From the NCBI RefSeq assembly GCF_006345805.1, contig NW_021836365.1, positions 1 through 29,907 on the forward strand: a stretch of DNA of 29,907 nucleotides, given 5' to 3'. The translations under genes were made by a program, and so were the position numbers. Below are positions 1-13,187 of this stretch, one piece after another. How positions within the stretch are numbered: position 1 is the stretch's first letter; every line of letters starts with the position of its first letter. The DNA is from Octopus sinensis (taxonomy: Eukaryota). The notes beneath the pieces were generated by a model. It did no database searches, had not been told where the DNA came from, and worked only from the letters and a program-made list of their open reading frames with translations.

Positions 1-256
1 TAGTATAGTATTAACATTAATAATAATAGCACTAGTAGAGTAGCTGCAGTAGTATAGTAGCTGCAGTAGTATAGTATTAACATTAATAATAATAGCACTA
101 GTAGTGGTTGTAGTAATAGCATTAGTTGTAGAAGTAGTGTTAAAAGCATTTGTAGAACTACTACTACTACTACAACTACTATCGCTACTACTACTACGAT
201 CGCTACTACTACTACTATACTACTACTACTACTATCACTACTACTGCTGGTGATGA

Positions 257-298
<42 letters not shown>

Positions 299-942
299 CA
301 CCACCACCGCCACATCTGCTGCTGCTGCTGCTACTACTACTACTACTACTAACTACTAGTAGTAGTAGTAGTAGTAGTTAGTAGTAGTAGAGTAGTAAAA
401 TTCGTTGTTGTTGATTTTGTTCACTATATTTTATTTTGCTAATGTTGATCTTGTGTCTCAGAAGATTCAAGCAGACTGTATCGATCAATTTGCACTGTGA
501 GACCTTCCAATTTGATCGTGGAAGCACACAAACACCGACACATACATACACACATACGTTCACAAAACACACATACATACAAACACTGTCACATACGCAC
601 ACAAACAGAGTACATAAATTCACTCGCACACACATACACACACTCACAGACGCACACTTACATACATGTAAACACAGACACGTACAATTCATACATTCAT
701 GCATACATACGTATACACCCACATACAGACAGGCAGACGTAGAATAAATATACAAATATGATTCAGAAAAATTAATAAGTAAAGAAAGAATTCACAAGAA
801 ATGTAATTTGAAAAGGAATTCAAAAATACAAACAGTAAAAAATAGGTGAGTATATATGTATGTATGTATGTATGTATGTAGTATGTATGTATGTATGTAT
901 GTATGGATGTATGCATGTATGTATGTATATATATAGATCTTC

Positions 943-1023
<81 letters not shown>

Positions 1024-1557
1024 CTAAATATACATTTATATAAATATATAAATCTAATAAATATATATATATGTATATACATATATTTATATATATACAT
1101 GTTTTTACATATTCGTATTTGCATGAATATATTGATGATTATATATATATATATATATATGCATTTACATACACATACACACATATGTATATATGTATGC
1201 ACATACAAGCATCCATATACACACAACACAGCGCATACACACGATCACCTACAAACATTTTCCTTCTCTACAATTAGCAATTTTGTATGTGTGTGTATGT
1301 GCATGTATATATACGTATGTATGTATGTACGAATGATGTTACACACAGCAAAACACATACACACACACTCACAGATTTGACTGACATTCAAACACACACA
1401 AGCGTATACATAATTCACCCTATGATGGTTACAAATACATAAGAAAACTCCACATAGAAGCGCCAGGCATTCACAAATTCCTACGCACGCGCGCAAACAC
1501 ACATACACGCAATAGCTTGCTCATATATCAATATTTAATTGTATGCATATATGTGTT

Positions 1558-1605
<48 letters not shown>

Positions 1606-2488
1606 TCACACATGTATCGAAATACACGCAGCTCCCACTGTCTCTCGCTATATATATCTTACACACACACAGGCATAAATATACATATATATATATATAC
1701 ATATATGTGTATACAAACACACATATATGTATATAAACAAGTGTGTGTATGTTTCTATTCTTGTATATGTGTGTGACACTGATAAACGTTATCACAAAAT
1801 TAAAAGCAAGCCAAAATACACCAAACCATAAAGTTAATAAGATTCTTCACATATGTATAAAATGGATATAAAAACATTTTTAATGCAATAGCTTGACATA
1901 CATAGAAACACTCTCTCGTACATATACGATACTCATTTGTATATAAATATATATATATATATTTACTCATATACACATATATACATATACATATATACAT
2001 GTGTATGTGTATGTATATATATATATATCTATATATACACTCACAGCGATACACAGGTAGATGTTTGTAATTATATTTACAAGTTTTTTTGCCCGTAAGT
2101 ACATTCAAGACACGTATATAAATACACTCATATTTGCTGATGTTGTATAAACCTACTCCCTCTCTATGGCTGTCGGGGCTCTCATTACCGCTCTGGAGCA
2201 GTCTGTTTGTGTATGTCGAATGTGTCTGTGTGTGTGGTGTGTCTGTGTGTGTGTTTGTGTGCGTTTGTGTTTCTTTGTATATAGCAATAGCCATATACTC
2301 ATACACCCACAGATACACACACTCACTCACACATATACACAACACACACACATGCACGCACACAGACCCACTATCTATATATCTATCTATCTCTCTATCT
2401 ATCTATATATTATGTACCCATCTATCTCTACATATCTATGTATATATGTATATATATATATATATATTATATTATATATATATATATA

Positions 2489-2722
2489 AATTAAGGGTAG
2501 AAATTGATATTAGTCAATTAAAACCAGTGGTCTAGCCATTAAAAAGAATCCGAAGATTAAAATATTTATATATACCATTAAGGACTGAACACGAAAAGGT
2601 GACAGTCAAATGCTAGATATAGACGTCAAATCGCCATTCTCCACAAGGAAATGGCGATTTGACGTCTATATCTAGCATGTGACTGTCCACCTTTTCGTGT
2701 TCAGTCCTTAATTGGTATATAT
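2489..2722. repeat. Fold-back element in (TA)n with ~70-bp inverted arms
   Basis: Arms 2568-2638 and 2650-2722 are near-perfect reverse complements (CCATTAAGGACTGAACACG...CGCCATT / AATGGCG...CGTGTTCAGTCCTTAATTGG) with an 11-nt spacer. The element starts AATTAAGG directly after a TA run. Confidence 0.85.
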
Positions 2723-2783
2723 ATATATATATAATATATATATAATTCTATATATATATATATAATATATAATATATATATAT

Positions 2784-2822
<39 letters not shown>

Positions 2823-3789
2823 TATATACACACACACACAAATTTGTGTTTTATTTGCTCACATTAGATATTTCTTGCAAAGTATAAGAATGTCCAAGAA
2901 AAAATTCGAAGTTCAAAGGACAATAACTACATCAACAACAACAGCAAGTGCGCCATCCTCCACCCCCACAACTGGCACTGTCACCACCATCACCATCACC
3001 ATCGCCGTCACCTTCACCATTACCACCACCATCACTATCTTCATTTCCAGTAACAAGAATAACAACAACAACAACAACAGCAGCAATGATAAAAGAATAA
3101 TAAAAACACCATAACAGCAACGACAACGTTAAGAGCAGACAAACAGCTGCACCAGCAACAACAGCAACAACAGCAACAATTGCAATAACTGCAGCAGCAA
3201 CAGCAGCAGCTGCATGCAAAATCAAGCAACAATGCAGCTGTTCGTCGGTGTTGATAATAATACGTCTTCACACGGAAACAAATTTGATGCACTTTGCTGA
3301 AAGTTCATCGATAAATTTGTAATAACATCAACATCACTGCTTGCGTTCAGACCACAAACATCATCAGCACTACCACCACCACCACCACCGCTTCCACCTC
3401 CACCACCACCACCGCCACCGACGCCACCACAACCACAGCAGCCATCCTCGCCACAACTGCTGCCACCGCCGCCGCCACCGCCACCAGCGGCACCACGCGC
3501 CATCGCTGCCATCACCAACGGCAACCTTCTTATCATGTTTGTTGAGTTTACTACCATTCACTTCCCCCACCTCCTCCTCATCCTCCACTACCACCGCCAC
3601 CAGTACCACAACCGTCATCATCATCATCGTCGTCGTCGTCGTCGTCATCATCATCATCATCAGCTGCTGCTGCTACATCTCCATCAGTTGATTCTTCTTC
3701 TTCTTCTTCTTCTTCTTCTTCTTCTTCTTTTTCTTCTTCTTGTTTCTTTCTTTCATCACTTATCACTTTTAAGTTGAGGAACTCAATGC

Positions 3790-3990
<201 letters not shown>

Positions 3991-4033
3991 CTTTCTACTA
4001 TAGGCAGAATGCCTGAAATTTGGGGGAGAGGAT

Positions 4034-4170
4034 AATTTGTCAAAATATTTTCGTCGCTTTGAGATCACGACCTGTTCTCTGACAAAATTCTATGCTGCAT
4101 CGGATGCAGAACGGAATTTTGTCAGTGAGCAGGTCGCAGTCTCAAAGTGACGAAAATATTTTGACAAATT
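4034..4170. repeat. ~68-bp-arm imperfect palindrome with almost no spacer
   Basis: AATTTGTCAAAATATTTTCGTCGCTTTGAGA...CTGCATC-G-GATGCAG...TCTCAAAGTGACGAAAATATTTTGACAAATT, with several substitutions between the arms. Confidence 0.85.
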
Positions 4171-4559
4171 AAGTTTAAATGTTGAAGTGAATCCGACGGA
4201 TTTTGTGTGTTTCTTAAATGGCTTATAAACACCTTCCACGCTGCAATTGTTTAATAATAATGTTTTCTTTTAATATTTTCTTTTCTTGGACACAAAGCCC
4301 CAAGACATAGAGCACAATATCAAAGGATGAGTTATGACACAACCCCCCCCCCCAAAAAAAAACAAGACAAAAATGAACAAATTAGAACTAAAACAGGTGG
4401 GGTTTACATTAATGAAAGGGAGTCACTACCACATTAAGAGATATAACAAAGGATATATTACACGAATTAGAGAAATAAATAAATAATAAATAAATATCTG
4501 AAGTCCTCAATAGCGGGCTAGTCGAGTTAGAGTAATTCAGAGTAAATCCCACACAAAAA

Positions 4560-5460
4560 TCACGGATTACTCTGCCATCTCCAAAGGCATGGGAAAATGA
4601 TCACTTCCGGTTTCTTTTTCCCCCCTGCTTGAAAAAGCATATTCAGGTAGATCCATTCAGTTTCACCAGTCTTGTCACTCACGCCCGCAAATTTATTTTC
4701 CTTGTGTGTTACTGTAATATCTGGTTTGCTATGTTGCATCTTCTTATCCATTTGAATAGGAAAATTCCACAAAATATTGCATGTTTTCGACACAATTACT
4801 CTTTCTACCTGATGATTATATCATGTAGCTTCCAGCTTCAAATTCTAACTTTTAGCAAAGCTTGCAGGGTAAAACTTTCACAGCTTGATTACATCTTCGT
4901 TTCTTATATTCTCCCTGGGCCAACTTTTGGCATTCTGCAACAGTATGTGCCAATAATTTCTTCCCAAATTCCACATACTTTACATTTTGCCGAGACCTTT
5001 TCCCCATATACATATTTTTCAAGTTGTTTGTTCACAGTGCTTGATCTTAAGCTGCTTTTATTAGGTTCTCTGTTTCGCTTTTAATTTTCCTTTTTTCAAT
5101 CAAGCGCAGGATGTAGTTCCGCATATATCTTCACTGGCTTTCCAAAACTGACCATGAAAAGGTTTTCTTTTCTGTCTCTTAAAGGTAATCTCTTTAGATT
5201 TCCTGTTCGTCATTTTCTTCGTTTATTGATCTAGGTTTGATCACCTGTTATTTATTCACAACCCTTAGTAACCTTTCTATGTCGTTGTGCAGATAATCAC
5301 ATTAGCTGCATCGTGCCATCTGAAAATTCTCTGCCACACCAATTCAGCCACTCCCACCCTGCTCTCTCTTCAAGTACAATCGGTTAATATCAGTTTTCGC
5401 AGGGTAGGCTCTATACAGAATGAATAGTTTTCTCATTTTTCTATCAAGTTTTTGCTTTTC
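4560..5460 (-). mobile_element. R4/Dong-like (RLE) non-LTR retrotransposon remnant: post-RT region, CCHC knuckle, start of the RLE domain
   Basis: Minus-strand motifs HGQFWK, ETENLIKAA*DQAL, CKVCG...HTVAECQKLAQGEYKKR and CNILWNFPIQMDKKMQHSKPDITVTHKENK, broken by stops and frameshifts. Confidence 0.8.
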
Positions 5461-5555
5461 GCCTTTTCTCCGATTCACAATATTCCCGTTCCATATCTGA
5501 TAACCAGTACTGCTTTCCAATTAATTGCTTCAACAGCAGCAGCAACAACAACAAT

Positions 5556-5589
<34 letters not shown>

Positions 5590-5632
5590 ACAACAACAAC
5601 AATTATAATGAAAATAATATTAATAGGTCCCT

Positions 5633-6185
5633 GATACTGCGCTCATGCAGTACCAGGTACTGGCTTTCATGGCTTCTGATCTTAACTGATTTGACGTATC
5701 ATCATATACGTATTTTGTCTTAATGTAAAAGGTGGGCAACAGCAAATATTCTGCTCCGTATCACAGATTAGCTTGTCAGTTGTTTGACCTTAACCAGTTG
5801 AGCATGTCCCTTAATGGCTGACGATATGTGCATCTCTGATCACAAGTAGAAGTAGTTGGTGGGGGAATCATAGTCATGTGTTGAGAGGAATTATTTAGGG
5901 TTTGGATAATTCACCTTGGCAGATTCTTTCAACATTCTCAAACAACCCTTATTCAGGGACCTTTTAGGAGGATGGGTTACTTGACATGAAAAAAATTCTA
6001 ACTGGGCCCCACCTGCAAGGTCATACTCTGTTTATCTTGATATGAGATCACTGTGTCGTGGATATATGATTAAGATGCATGTGCCTGGTGTATCCTTATG
6101 AGAGGGTAGTCATGATGGGTATACTGGGCTTCGTATATTTTACCCCAGTGTTACTTTGATGACGTGCACTGCTCTCTCCCTCTCT
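5633..6185 (+). repeat. Interspersed repeat (SINE or LINE 3' end) ending in a (CT)n/(AAT)n tail
   Basis: 6028-6180 is the reverse complement of 11651-11810 with substitutions. I recognise it from memory as a common octopus-type repeat. Confidence 0.6.
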
Positions 6186-6229
6186 CTCTCTCTCTCTCTC
6201 GCTCTCAATAATAATAATAATAACAACGT

Positions 6230-6470
6230 TGAATTTGTGAAAAAGTGGTTGAATGAGCCTACTCGAAGTACACGCCAGTAGATTGGAAAGTAAGAGAAAG
6301 GGATCGTACCTTTTCTGGTCAGGGCGATCCTAGATCTGTGGGACTCCTGGATTGACCCTAGTTGGAGCTTTTTCTGTATTAGGAGGACTGCATCATTCAT
6401 ATTATCATACTGTTTACTTTTGTATCTTTTTGTCGCATTTTACTGTCTTTGGCTAATAAAAGGAATTATT
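6230..6470 (+). mobile_element. Possible Tx1-like LINE 3' end
   Basis: EFVKKWLN-like coding remnant, a GC-richer UTR, then AATAAA immediately before an (ATT)n run. Assignment is from memory of similar elements. Confidence 0.3.
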
Positions 6471-6541
6471 ATTATTAATATTATATTATTATTATTATTA
6501 TTATTAGTTATTATTATTATTATTATTATATAATCATCATC

Positions 6542-6602
<61 letters not shown>

Positions 6603-6606
6603 ATTA

Positions 6607-6662
<56 letters not shown>

Positions 6663-6671
6663 GTTATTATT

Positions 6672-7215
6672 CCTTCTTTCTTCAATTTTCTTCAATTTCT
6701 CGCCGAGTGTTTTCCGTACACCTAGGACAGAGAAGCTCATTGTATGCATTCCCAGATTACATACACAAATTCACAGGTAAAATATGTATTTAAAAAAATA
6801 AATAAATAAATAAATTCATGAACGGATGTTGTTTTCACAGCGATAATGCTCTTCTCAGTATATGAGTCGTTCCAGTTAACACAATTTTTTGCATTTCCTG
6901 TAGGGATGGTAAGACTGGTATCATTTTCAAATAGGTTTCAGTACCTTTTTTTTTTATCATTCCTAGAGATCCTACAATCACTGGTAGTGTAGTCGCCTAG
7001 AGATGCCACATTTTTTCAATTTCTATTAGCAAATCTTTTCATTTACTGATCTTGTCAAATTCTTTCGCCGCTATATTGTGATCGCAAGGAATACTCATGT
7101 CAATTAATAAACACAACTTTTTTTGTCTGATCTTTTATAATAATATCCGGCTTATTATTTTTATAGTCTTGTCGGTATTTACGGGGAAGTTCCAGAGAAT
7201 CGACATATTTTCGTC
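6672..7215 (-). mobile_element. R4/Dong-like LINE 3' end: RLE endonuclease domain plus 3' UTR
   Basis: Approximate minus-strand reading ENMSILWNFPVNTDKTIKNNKPDIIIKDQTKK..CLLIDMSIPCDHNIAAKEFDKISK*KDLLIEIEKMWHL...IVGSLGMIKK...LTGTTHILRRALSL* (PD-(D/E)xK fold). It runs into (AAT)n. Confidence 0.85.
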
Positions 7216-7245
7216 CTTATCATCATCATCATCATTATTATTATT

Positions 7246-7335
7246 ATGAGTTCAAATTCCACTGAAGCCGTCTTTGCCTTTCAGCCTTTCGGAGTCGAAC
7301 ATTGGGGTCAATATAATCGACACATCTCCCCAACA
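7246..7335 (+). mobile_element. SINE fragment
   Basis: GAGTTCAAATTCC B-box-like motif followed by TTTGCCTTTCAGCCTTTCGGAGTCG...TGGGGTCAATATAATCGAC, which resembles an octopus SINE body (from memory). Confidence 0.5.
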
Positions 7336-7475
7336 AAATGGCTGCTCTTGTTGCATCATCATCACAATCATCACCACCACCACCACCACCACCACCATCA
7401 TCATCGTCATCATCATCATCGTCATCATCGTCATCATCATCATCATTACCATCATCATCATCATCATCATCATCA

Positions 7476-7531
<56 letters not shown>

Positions 7532-9149
7532 ATTTTTGCCATGGCCGAGCCGCTCTTATTGTAAAAATCTATAGCTTGTACGTTGATATCAGTTTTCTTC
7601 AGTTTGTCCGATAGAACTTTTAATTTTCAATTATTATTGTATTTGTCTTAGGCATAGAAAAAACAAAAGAAAACAAACGAACAAAAATAAATAAAAAAGT
7701 GAAGTTCGAATGTTTTGAATGTCCACCCTCATTAAAGGAGGCAGAATGACATTTTCATGTCATTTGTAGTCAGGAAACAAATATTTTAATTAATTATCTG
7801 AGCATATTTGACGTATGAAGCAGGAGGAATAGTGAGAGGAATCCTTGACAGCTGTGGTAGCTGTAAACGCTGACGCTGTTGTTTGCTTTGAAAACATTGC
7901 TAGCCAAGGCGAAAAAGTAATTATATTCCAAATAGCTTCCGGAGAAATATAACAAATGTATTGGTGCTAGCTCCGGCGACGACGTTTAATGCTATAGTGC
8001 AAAACAGCGGTGAAACGGAGATAGACATATATCAGAAATATGTAGATATGAACTGTGACAGTCTAAAATTCTGTGTCACAACACAATAATGAGGCGGGAA
8101 GCAATAGCGCTATAAACATCCACGAACAGCACGAAATGTAAAAACAAAGAAAGATAACGTCAAAAATAATAAAAACAATGATAAAATCTGCATCGACGAG
8201 ACAACAATGAAGATTTTTTTTTTATCTTCTGTCAGTACAGCGAACCAATGGATGCCACATTCAATCGAGGGAAATACAAGCTAAAAAACATACAAGAGAG
8301 ACGTTATGGCTCTGAGGTGTTGCTACTTCCGGCAGAAGAGTGTAGATGTCCGTATTCTAAGCTAATGTATTCCAGAAGTTATATGACCTTACACTAGCAC
8401 AAAAGAAAAAACACAAAACCGACCTAGTTTTGGTCAGCAGTTATTTATATAAAGAAAATGAGACATCACGGCACTATGGTTGCCATCTTTAATAGTGTGC
8501 AAGAATCCGAACGGTGGTCATATCTATGTACATGCCCTTGCAATTCCTGATGTTTTTAACTTTATATGGGGTACCGGGCGACTGATGTCGGTCCGCCCGA
8601 CAGGAACACAGAACAGGCATAGTACGTAAGTCTATTTTCCAACAGCAACAGCCAAACATTTTATAAGAGACTTCCAGGTGTTGGTTGTATTTTCATATCT
8701 TCCTGTCACCTCAGAACATTTCTCTTTTTGATTAGTGTAAGCAGTTAGAAGTGTTTGTCGAAGACGGAACTGAACAGCAACTAAAATAACCATCTCAGAT
8801 CTTATTACTCTGTGAAGGAGAAGGTGAAAGCTGGGAACCCGTCCTCTCTGCTGCTACCAATCCTCTTGGCCGCTGTAATCCGAACAACAATATCAGTCAT
8901 AAAAACAAAATAACAACAACAGCAACAAAAATTCTTATATTCGTTCAAATTCTCATATTCACCGGGGTTCTAGCAAATGATTCCCAACCACAAATATAAA
9001 AACAGCATATACATATTTGGTAAAAAACAGGCATAAACTCAACACATTCTGATCCATGTTGAGAGAAACCTGCTGTGATTTATCAGAATGCTTCCGGAAA
9101 TGGAAATTGTGGGAAGATCGACAAAGAATAAGAGGATTAAAACAAGTTT

Positions 9150-9795
9150 AAGGTGAAATTATAGATCATGAATTTGTAGTCCATCTTGCCAACTTCCCGG
9201 ACCATACACATTACGCTAATTATTTGTTAATTGGACGAAAATTCTCATTAACATTTGTGACACTACGTTGTATAAAAACTTACATTGCGAAGATCAAAGC
9301 CATACTTGTTATACCGTTAGAGCTGTCTGAGAAAATTTATAGGACATTTTCGTTTTCTCTTCTATTAGATACTAATATACATTCCTAGCGTGCATCCAAA
9401 TTACCATTCCAATAGCCCAGTAACATTAATAAGCTTGTTATTCCTTGGAATGATAACTAAACGTAAAGAAACCATATCGTCTAGTTTTTGCCGTAAGCGG
9501 GTTGGTGGCTTGACTGAAGTTACTACCATCGTCTTTACTGCTGTCCACCGACTTGCCACTCACCATCTAGGATAATATTACTTTCCTTTAAATTCTTTGC
9601 TGTTTACTAGATTCCCAAATAGTCACTCGATCCAGAGCGCGCTCGACTAAAAAAGAATGCGCGTCGGAAATTCTGGTCTCGCTGATGGCAACTTCGTCTT
9701 GATGTAATGACCTAACATTGTTAAGTAGCGTCTTCCTACTTCCACTCCGACTCCTGTATACATGCATTAACACAGCCTTTTCTTAGTATGGCCAT
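9150..9795 (-). mobile_element. Degenerate Tx1/L1-like LINE ORF2 N-terminus (AP endonuclease)
   Basis: ATG at 9795 starts MAILRKGCVNA, then frameshifted LLNNVRSLHQDEVAISETRISD, LLMLLGYWNGNLDAR (GDWN/GDFN motif) and VGKMDYKFM (TDH-equivalent). Weaker RT-like traces (QSPG.PY, SLLYVF) may extend to ~8250. Confidence 0.6.
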
Positions 9796-10039
9796 GTAAG
9801 AGAAGAAATTAAAACAAAGAGAGTTATCTTCAGTTACACTAATCAAGAGATTATCCCTTTTAATACCCTCCTGTTGATTAAACTTTCAAAAGATAATACA
9901 CCGTATCAAAAATGTTTCTCCAGACTATGATCCACTTCTGACATGACTCCTCACTTTGATATTATGACACCTCAGTCCGAATTATATGATGTGGTTGATC
10001 GGAGCGGCGGTGGAGGTAAATGTGAGATAACGAGGGCTT

Positions 10040-11270
10040 GCAAAATAACTCTGTCACCATTCTGCCTCCCGAAAACTTAACTTTTGTGTCCAAAAATTCA
10101 ACGCTAGCTTTTGAAAAAAACTAGACGTAAATTTTATGTCGGACTTAAAGCCGACATCATAACAGTTGCTGAAATTCAAGGAGTCAATTAAACTACCCTG
10201 TGATCCATCCTAGACAAAAAATACGTCATCAAAGAACCGTAACCAGAGTATTGGTTCATGACCATGTAGGGATTTGAATGTCTTCAGTAACTGTCTTGAA
10301 TGTCATCATGAAGACATTAGCGAAATTAACTGCCATGGTGCACCCCCTCGTCTGGCGGTAAAAGTTTTGTCCAAACTTCATTGTGTTACTTTGTAACACA
10401 AATCTCAATAACCTACAGAGAAAATTTCATGAAATACTTTTGTTTGATTGTTTTTCGAAGGCATTCATGCACATTTCTACCTCTTCATCACGGTCAGTAT
10501 TGGGATATAAGGAAGAAACTTACATGGTTAACAAAAAACAGTTTTCGACGTTGCCTCGTTGCTTCAAAAAGTTGTTGCTTTTAGACACACAATCGAAATT
10601 AGGAATATAGGAAATTGAACTCTTTGCGACAGGGAGTAGAAAGCCATCCAGCCATTCCGAAATCTTGACTGTACAATATTTATATCCACTGCAAATTTAC
10701 CTCCACTGCTGTTCCGATCAGCCACATCATATAATTCCGTCAAATCCGAAATCTCAATTTTTGAGGATAAAACAGATTTGTACTGATATAGAGGATTACT
10801 GGAAACATGCAAATGCTTTTGTCCCCTATTATGTCAAACACAGTTACAGTGAATGACAATTAAAGGAAATAACAAATGAAATAACTAAGATTAGCAAGGA
10901 AAGTCAACCTAGCAAAAAAAATAAAAAAGCCTCCACGCGTAATTTTAGCAAACACTGTACAATATATGCGATGTGACAGAATTCCTTTAGTGATTTACTG
11001 GCACCGAAATTCCACTGGCATTTCAAAAGGGTTTTATGAAAGCTACCAGCATGTTGCGGGAAAATATCTTCGTTTCAAACAGATATTTCCTCAGCCGCCT
11101 ATTGTAGCCATTAGATGAAATAAAAATATAAGAGAACATTTAAAGAAAATTAATAATGGAGTATCTGCACGCTGTATCTTGAAAAAAAAAACAGCCGCAA
11201 GAGAGGTAAGCCCTGTTCATTGGGCAACAATATGACTCAAGTGAATTCCATCAGGAATCATCACAGAAAT
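10040..11270 (+). mobile_element. Degenerate Penelope-like retroelement (N-terminal region joined to RT thumb and linker; truncated before GIY-YIG)
   Basis: YLHCCSDQPHHIIPSNPKSQFLRIKQICTDIEDYWKHA (10698-), DRIPLVIYWH (10975-) and FKQIFPQPPIVAIR*NKNIREHL (to ~11142) match PLE RT C-terminal motifs (YLH..S.HP.H...SIP.SQFLR; RIPLV.TYHP; FP.PP.VA.RR.KNLRD.L). A Cys-containing linker follows (ARC...RGKPCSL.NNM). Confidence 0.75.
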
Positions 11271-11271
11271 A

Positions 11272-11810
<539 letters not shown>

Positions 11811-11851
11811 CTATTATCATCATCATTATTATTATTAGTATTATTATTATT

Positions 11852-13187
11852 CAGTTGTCTTATTTTTATCACGTATTTTCACTGCACTGCCGAGCGCAGC
11901 TTTGTGTGCCTTGAGTATGTGCTGCAGTTTGTCGTGGTGTGGTGTTATTTTCACTGTATTGAAAGTGTTTTACGTAGGATGTGTGCGGTGCCTAGTAGTG
12001 CTATTCTCTCTATGTTATATATATATGTATAAGTCCTGGTACTTTTGTTATGCATTAGCCTGTTTTATTTTTTATCATACCTAATTTGCCTGCTATAAAA
12101 GGAATTGTTTCTGTTTTTAGGCTCCACATTCGAGCTGCCTCTATTTCCAGATCTTTGTACTTTGAAAGCTTCTCCGTTTCTTTTTGAGGAACATTGTCAA
12201 CTGTTGGTATTGATACATTGATTAGAAAGTTTTTCTATTCTTGGTGATCCTTGATAACTATATCCGGCCTATTGATCTTAATTTTTCTATCTGTGTGTAT
12301 TGGCATATCCCAGAGTATGGTTGCTTTCACATTTTCTGTGACCCGTTCAGGGGTGTACAAATACCATCTTTTTTCTGTTGTTATTCTATAGTGTTGCGAT
12401 AGCTTCCAGTGTATATAGGTCTCATCTCGGTCGTGTCTATGAATATATTCCTTCGTAGCCAGCACTGGGTACCCAGAGACAATATAATTTCTTGTTTCTT
12501 CTCCATTACCACATATCCTGCAGTTACTTGTATTTCTTTTGATTATGTGTCTTTGATGGTTTCTGGTGGGAAGGCTTTGATCTTGTGCTGCAATTAACAA
12601 TCTTTTAGTCTCTACTTTCAGTCCTGAACTTCCCAGCCATTGCTGAGATTTTGCTTTGTCTATTTCTATGTCAGATTTTGGGTGGTGCATCCTAAATCGT
12701 GTCATTATTTTTCTTTTTTCTTTTCTATTTTGATTTAGAGTTCATTTAAGAATTTTGTAGCTGTAACTTTTAACTGGGACGGCTAGAGATTTGATACCTA
12801 TTATCTTGTTTTTCGCATTGAGTTCTGTTTTCAGTACTAATCTAACTCATCTATAGTATTCCTGCCTTATCTTCTCTTTCATTTGTGTATATTGTATCGC
12901 ATCTAGTTCATTGATTCCTAAGTATTTCTATGTCTGGCTTTGATCTAATTCTCTCATTTCCATTTACTTTGTCTAGTGTGATGTTGTTACTCTTAACTGG
13001 GTTTCCTCTTTTCATGGTTGCTTTGGCATATTTTCTTCAGTCAAATTTCATGTTTATTTCTTTGGTAAAATCCATGTATTGTCTGTAGTGATGTTTCCAG
13101 CTGTTTATCATTTGCAGCATACAGTTTTAGATCATCCGTATACAAGAGATGGGTGATTGTTTTGCTGCCGTAACAGTTGTACCTACA
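11852..13187 (-). mobile_element. R4/Dong-like LINE: RT C-terminus, CCHC knuckle, RLE domain and 3' UTR (5'-truncated, internally deleted)
   Basis: ITHLLYTDDLKLYA (YMDD-type RT motif), MHHPKSDIE, ETKRLLIAAQDQSLPTRN, CRICGNGEETRNYIVSGYPVLATKEYIHRHD, ILWDMPIHTDRKIKINRPDIVIKD, then a frameshifted RLE C-terminus. Confidence 0.9.

Noticed and set aside
1-400. 38-bp direct repeat (1-38 and 67-104) and (CTA)n/(TAG)n inverted junction near 357
   Set aside because: Explained by slippage and polarity switching within a low-complexity TAG/CTA tract.
378-2540. Numerous 60-190-aa ORFs rich in Y/I/H/T/C/V/M (also 14511-14868, 17215-17630, 19949-20867, 23325-25260, 29010-29904)
   Set aside because: They are translations of TA, CA/TG, TATG and ATCT microsatellites, which lack stop codons in some frames. 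They have no protein-like content.
4808-4830. Other CTGANGA matches (4809, 5818, 13840, 15211, and minus-strand matches near 7598, 9827, 10281, 11460)
   Set aside because: None has a flanking stem I or a downstream stem II-GAAA-stem III-NUH arrangement.
4629-5084. 151-aa plus-strand ORF (also 12409-12597, 13405-13680, 22259-22573, 27752-28046)
   Set aside because: These are antisense shadows of LINE coding remnants on the opposite strand.
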